From Desulfomicrobium sp. (GTDB taxonomy: Bacteria > Desulfobacterota > Desulfovibrionia > Desulfovibrionales > Desulfomicrobiaceae): a stretch of 64,000 nt of DNA. Location of the stretch: the NCBI GenBank assembly GCA_040768745.1, contig JAXGMI010000003.1:1-64000 (forward strand), in the 5' to 3' direction. How positions within the stretch are numbered: position 1 is the first letter of the stretch; every line of letters begins with the position of its first letter. The position numbers were made by a program, and so were the translations under genes. The notes beneath the pieces are model-generated. The model saw only the letters and a program-made list of their open reading frames with translations. It was not told where the DNA came from and made no database searches. This document shows positions 59,869-64,000 of this stretch, one piece after another.

Positions 59869-61998
59869 CTACTGTGATCGCATAGTCAGCCCTATGCGGC
59901 GGCGCTTCACGTCCACCTCCAGCACCGTGACCTGCACCTGCTGGCCCGTGCGGACCACTTCCGAGGGATCGCGCACATAACGGTCGGCCAGGTTGCTGAT
60001 GTGCACCAGGCCGTCCTGATGCACGCCCACGTCCACGAAGGCCCCGAAGCGCGTCACGTTGGTCACGATGCCCGGCACGCCCATGCCCGGGTGCAGGTCC
60101 GCAATGTCGTGCACGTCGGCGAAGCGGAAGACCTGAAAGGCCGGGCGCGGGTCGCGTCCCGGCTTCTCCAGCTCGGCCAGGATGTCCTTCAGGGTGGGCA
60201 GCCCCACTTCATCCCCCACGTACCGCGCAAGATCGATGCGCCTGCGCTGACCTTCGTCCCGCAAGAGTTCCGCAACCCCGCAGCCGACATCCCTGGCCAT
60301 GCGCCCGACCAGTTCGTAGCGCTCGGGGTGGATGGCGCTGCCGTCCAAAGGATTCTTGCCGCCACGGATGCGCAGAAATCCCGCGCACTGCTCGAAGGCC
60401 TTGGGCCCCAGACGCTTGACCTTGAGCAGCCCGCGTCGGTCCGTGAAGGGTCCGTTCTCCTTGCGGTACTCGACGATATGGGCGGCCAGGACCGGGCCCA
60501 GGCCCGAGACATGGGCCAGGAGTTCCGGGCTGGCCGTGTTCACGTCCACGCCGACCTGGTTGACGCAGGACACGACCACGTCGTCGAGACTTTTCTTCAG
60601 GGCCGCCTGGTCCACGTCATGCTGGTACTGGCCCACGCCGATGGACTTGGGGTCGATCTTGACCAGCTCGGCCAGAGGATCCATGAGCCGGCGGCCGATG
60701 GACACCGCGCCACGGTAGGTCAGGTCCAGATCCGGAAATTCCCGCCGCGCGATCTCCGACGCCGAATAGACCGAGGCACCGGCCTCGTTGACGAGGATGA
60801 CGTCCACGTCCGCGGGCAGGCCAAGCCCCCTGACGAACGCCTCGGTCTCGCGGCCGCCCGTACCGTTGCCGATGGCAACCGCCTGCACGGCGTGGGTCCT
60901 GACCATGGAGACGATGATCCGCCCGGCCTCTTCGGCCTGCCCTTTGCCGCCGACAGGGAATATCGTCTGCCAGTGCAGGAGACTCCCCTGTTCGTCCAGA
61001 CAGACGAGCTTGGCCCCGGTGCGCAGACCCGGATCCAGGGCCAGAATGCGGCGGGGTCCGAGCGGCGGAGCCAGCAACAGCTCGCGCAGGTTGGCGGCGA
61101 ACACGGCGATGGCCTCCGCGTCGGACCGCCCCTTCAGCCCGCCCCACAGCTCCGTCTCCAGGGACGGAGCCAGCAGGCGGGAGTAGCCGTCGGACGCGGC
61201 CTCCTCCACGACTTGGCCGCAAGGTCCTTTCGGGACGGGAAAGGTCCGCAGCAGCAGAGACAGGGCTTCGTCCTGGTCCGGACGCAGGGCAAGGGACAGC
61301 ACCTTCTCCCGCTCGCCGCGCAGCATGGCCAGAATGCGGTGTCCCGGAGCGGTGCGCGCGGCCTCGCGCCAGTCGAAATAATCGCGGTACTTCTCCCCCG
61401 CCTCGTCCTGGCCCTTGCGCACGGCGGAGACGATGACGCCCTTGGCCGCGAACAGGGCGCGCAGCCCCTCGCGGCAGCGCCTGTCCTCGCTGACGGTCTC
61501 GGCGATAATGTCCCGCGCCCCGGCCAGGGCGGCCGCAGCGTCAGGCACGTCCTTTTCGGGATCGACGAACTCCGCGGCCGCGACGCCCGGATTTACGCCG
61601 CCGGCCAGGATCGCCCGCGCCAGAGGCTCCAGGCCCCTCTCCCTGGCCATGGTCGCCCGCGTGCGCTTCTTGGGCCGGTACGGGAGGTACACGTCCTCCA
61701 GTTCGGCCAGGGTCGCGGACCGCAGCACGGCCTGTTCCAGCTCCGCGCCCAGCAGATCGCGCTCGCGCAGGCTGCCCAGGACCGCCTCCCGGCGCTTGTC
61801 CAGCTCACGGGCCGCGTCCAGGGTGTCACGGAGGTTCTGGATGGCCACCTCGTCGAGCCCTCCGGTGCGCTCCTTGCGGTAGCGGGCGATGAAGGGCACC
61901 GTGCCGCCCTCGTCCAGCAGTTCGGCCACGCTCCTGACCTGGGCCTCGGAAATGGACACGGCCTTGCCGACGCGCTGAAAAATATCCGGTTCCGGCAT
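59869..61998 (-). CDS. tex: Tex-family RNA-binding transcription accessory protein
   Basis: TVPFIARYRKE, EDVYLPYRPKKRT, EAGASVYSAS, KSIGVGQYQHD, HhH, S1 (FGAFVDVGVHQDGLVHIS). Confidence 0.95.
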   Translation of the reverse strand: MPEPDIFQRVGKAVSISEAQVRSVAELLDEGGTVPFIARYRKERTGGLDEVAIQNLRDTLDAARELDKRREAVLGSLRERDLLGAELEQAVLRSATLAELEDVYLPYRPKKRTRATMARERGLEPLARAILAGGVNPGVAAAEFVDPEKDVPDAAAALAGARDIIAETVSEDRRCREGLRALFAAKGVIVSAVRKGQDEAGEKYRDYFDWREAARTAPGHRILAMLRGEREKVLSLALRPDQDEALSLLLRTFPVPKGPCGQVVEEAASDGYSRLLAPSLETELWGGLKGRSDAEAIAVFAANLRELLLAPPLGPRRILALDPGLRTGAKLVCLDEQGSLLHWQTIFPVGGKGQAEEAGRIIVSMVRTHAVQAVAIGNGTGGRETEAFVRGLGLPADVDVILVNEAGASVYSASEIARREFPDLDLTYRGAVSIGRRLMDPLAELVKIDPKSIGVGQYQHDVDQAALKKSLDDVVVSCVNQVGVDVNTASPELLAHVSGLGPVLAAHIVEYRKENGPFTDRRGLLKVKRLGPKAFEQCAGFLRIRGGKNPLDGSAIHPERYELVGRMARDVGCGVAELLRDEGQRRRIDLARYVGDEVGLPTLKDILAELEKPGRDPRPAFQVFRFADVHDIADLHPGMGVPGIVTNVTRFGAFVDVGVHQDGLVHISNLADRYVRDPSEVVRTGQQVQVTVLEVDVKRRRIGLTMRSQ

Positions 61999-62300
61999 GA
62001 AAACTCCTTGAGGTTGTGATCGAAGGGCCTACCGCTTCGAGGACGGCGACATCTGGCCGCTGGTCCTCGCGGTCGTGGCCCTCTCGCCCGCTGTGGCCGC
62101 AGCCCTGCGCATGCTCCATTAGCCCGTTGTTCCTTCCCGGGTCCCCACCCATGCAAAGCAGGCCGACGCGTACGCCAGCGGCATTGGATCGCGGCGGAAA
62201 GGAAAGAGACTGTGCCGGAACAATCGCGGCTGCGAAGACAAGGGGGGAAACAGGCTGAAGAACGTCGACCGACCGGTCCCGCCCTAAAAAGCCGCGGCGC

Positions 62301-63344
62301 CTAGTACGCCCCGCCCTGCTGCCTCCATCCCTTGAGCAGGCCGAAACATCCGGCCAGCATCATGTCCCCGCCCGGGGCCAGGAATTCCACCCTGGCGTCG
62401 GCCAGCAGGGCCCGCCTGGGACCCAGAACCACGATGCGCTCGAACCCATGGGTCAGGTCCGGCACGGTCACGCAGCCGTGGCCGCCGTCGTCGAAGACCT
62501 CCGTGTTGCCCAACTCTCCGCGCCGGAAGCGGGCCAGATGATCGAGCAGCCTGGCTTCGTCCAGATGGCCGGTGTGGTGTTCGTAGACCCCGAGTACGCG
62601 AGAGCCGAGGACCAGGAAGGCGATGGTGTGGCTGTTGCCGACATTGACCACGAGCACCCCGTCCGTGGCCGCCGAGCGCGCCACGGACGGATCGAAGAGG
62701 GCCCCCAGCAGGGCGGCGGAGCCCGTGTCGGCCACGAGCCCCACGCCGATGGAGCGGCGCAGGCAGGCCAGGCGGGTCATCTCCTCGGGTGGGTCGGCGT
62801 ACAGCAGGCGGGAGATGTCCCCCCCGTCCTCGTTCATGAACCGCTCCCAGTAGGCGAAACGCGAGATGCGGTTGCTCTTGCCAGGGTGGAAGCCGTGGTC
62901 CTGCACGCAGGCCAGGACAAGGTCGGGCTGAGGCAGGCCCGCGTGCTGCAGGAGGCCGCGCCAGAAGCCGGGATCGAAGTCCGTCAGCAGCACCTGGGAG
63001 GCGGAAAGGGGCGGGACGGACGTGATCTCGATGCCGTGGGCGCGCACCTGGTCCAGGTCGTCGCCCAGGGCCAGGGCGGCCTCGGGGTGGGCGTAGACCT
63101 TCAGGCCGGCGTCCTGGTGGGCCTTGACCGCCCGCCAAAACCCGCCGCCCATGTTCTGGCCGTGCAGATAGACGTCGCGACCGGCCTTTGTCAGCTCCCG
63201 GATGCGGGCCGCGACCGTGCGGGCTGGAGAGGGCAGAATGAACTTGGGGCAGTTCTCCAGCTCCAGGCCTTCCTGATACAGCAGCACGTCCTGGGTGCCG
63301 CTGCCGATGTCGAGAATGAGACAGATTGTTGATTGCATGTTCAC
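62301..63344 (-). CDS. DUF1786 family protein
   Basis: DIGSGTQDVL, ENCPKFILPSP, VQDHG..P..SNR, NVGNSHT, YEHHT, DGGHG, APGGDMMLAGCFGL. Confidence 0.82.
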   Translation of the reverse strand: MNMQSTICLILDIGSGTQDVLLYQEGLELENCPKFILPSPARTVAARIRELTKAGRDVYLHGQNMGGGFWRAVKAHQDAGLKVYAHPEAALALGDDLDQVRAHGIEITSVPPLSASQVLLTDFDPGFWRGLLQHAGLPQPDLVLACVQDHGFHPGKSNRISRFAYWERFMNEDGGDISRLLYADPPEEMTRLACLRRSIGVGLVADTGSAALLGALFDPSVARSAATDGVLVVNVGNSHTIAFLVLGSRVLGVYEHHTGHLDEARLLDHLARFRRGELGNTEVFDDGGHGCVTVPDLTHGFERIVVLGPRRALLADARVEFLAPGGDMMLAGCFGLLKGWRQQGGAY

Positions 63345-63525
63345 AGTTCCTCAAAATGTTCGTGGATGTCTTGGCCTCATGCATGACCGCGTCGAGCGCC
63401 AGCCACACAGTGATGGCGGTGGATGTGGCAGTTGATTTTGATGAGGTTGCAACGTGTGTCTCAACCGTGTTGCCGAAATTCTTCCACTTCGAGTCTTTAA
63501 AACTTCTTGGTGGATCCACCCGGCT

Positions 63526-64000
63526 TTACGCATTTTCCCGATGCCCCAGGTCTGCAAGCAGCTCGTATGGGCTGCGGATGCCGACGCCGGTGTGCTTCGC
63601 CGTGTGCAGATAAATCTCGGTCGTGGAAATGTCCGCATGTCCCAGGAGGTCCTGCAAATCGCGAATCCCTGTTCCAGTGGCCAATAAATGCGTTGCAAAG
63701 CTGTGGCGCAACACATGGGGCGTGACGCGCTTGTCGAATCCTGCCCGCTCCGCCGCCTGGCGAATCGCTTTCTGAAATGTCGTATCCAGCACATGATGAC
63801 GGCGGATGAGGCCGTTTCTGTGGTCGCGCATCAGACTTCGAGATGGCCAGAACCAAAACCACGTGAACTTTTCGCCCGCTTTTGGCCACTTGCGTTCAAG
63901 GGCCTGGGGCAGTTCCACAGCCGGCAGATTGGCCATGCGGTCCTTGGCGTGCAGAAGGCGCAAGCGCTCGCGGTGAGCTCGCAATGGAACAACAAGCTGG
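63526..64000 (-). CDS. intI: Integron integrase (tyrosine recombinase), C-terminal part; 5' end lies outside the window
   Basis: IntI-specific insertion [14 protein letters not shown]...WFWFWPS...[28 protein letters not shown]; frame stays open to the window edge. Confidence 0.85.
   Translation of the reverse strand, partial: QLVVPLRAHRERLRLLHAKDRMANLPAVELPQALERKWPKAGEKFTWFWFWPSRSLMRDHRNGLIRRHHVLDTTFQKAIRQAAERAGFDKRVTPHVLRHSFATHLLATGTGIRDLQDLLGHADISTTEIYLHTAKHTGVGIRSPYELLADLGHRENA

Noticed and set aside
6157..62019. Long antisense or alternate-frame ORFs (e.g. 6157-7758, 10472-12457, 12340-14523, 14883-17363, 35973-38093, 43657-45840, 60001-62019)
   Set aside because: Shadow ORFs expected in high-GC coding DNA; each overlaps a well-supported gene
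62020..62122. Short hydrophobic frame RAYRFEDGDIWPLVLAVVALSP...
   Set aside because: May be a gene remnant but has no start codon and is too short to support

Overview
High-GC bacterial chromosome window. Gene content (bacterioferritin, tungsten AOR, speA/nspC, PEP-CTERM genes) suggests a Desulfovibrionales-like sulfate reducer such as Desulfomicrobium; this is inference. The first ~14.5 kb is an accessory envelope/lipid island and the most interesting part. It holds two sigma54-driven PEP-CTERM genes, a LolA-like periplasmic protein, an AMIN-domain outer-membrane barrel, two FeeM-like N-acyl amino acid synthases, an MMPL/RND transporter and a ThiF-nitroreductase di-domain enzyme (OxzB oxazolone synthetase architecture). 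A repeated TGT-N11-ACA enhancer motif, REP-like repeat clusters and a 240-bp duplication sit between these genes. The rest is mostly housekeeping and metabolism: recD2-recR-ybaB-dnaX-ilvE-der-mtnA-ppiC, a polyamine operon, mntP, AOR, a GGDEF/EAL protein, ydbH-ynbE-ydbL, ptb-buk, a HypD-type glycyl radical enzyme with activase, a glnHPQ-like ABC transporter, bfr and tex. Two pseudogenes and one candidate sRNA were seen. The window ends inside an integron-integrase-like gene. No rRNA, tRNA or bona fide CRISPR array was recognised. All family calls come from motif recognition by eye, not database searches.
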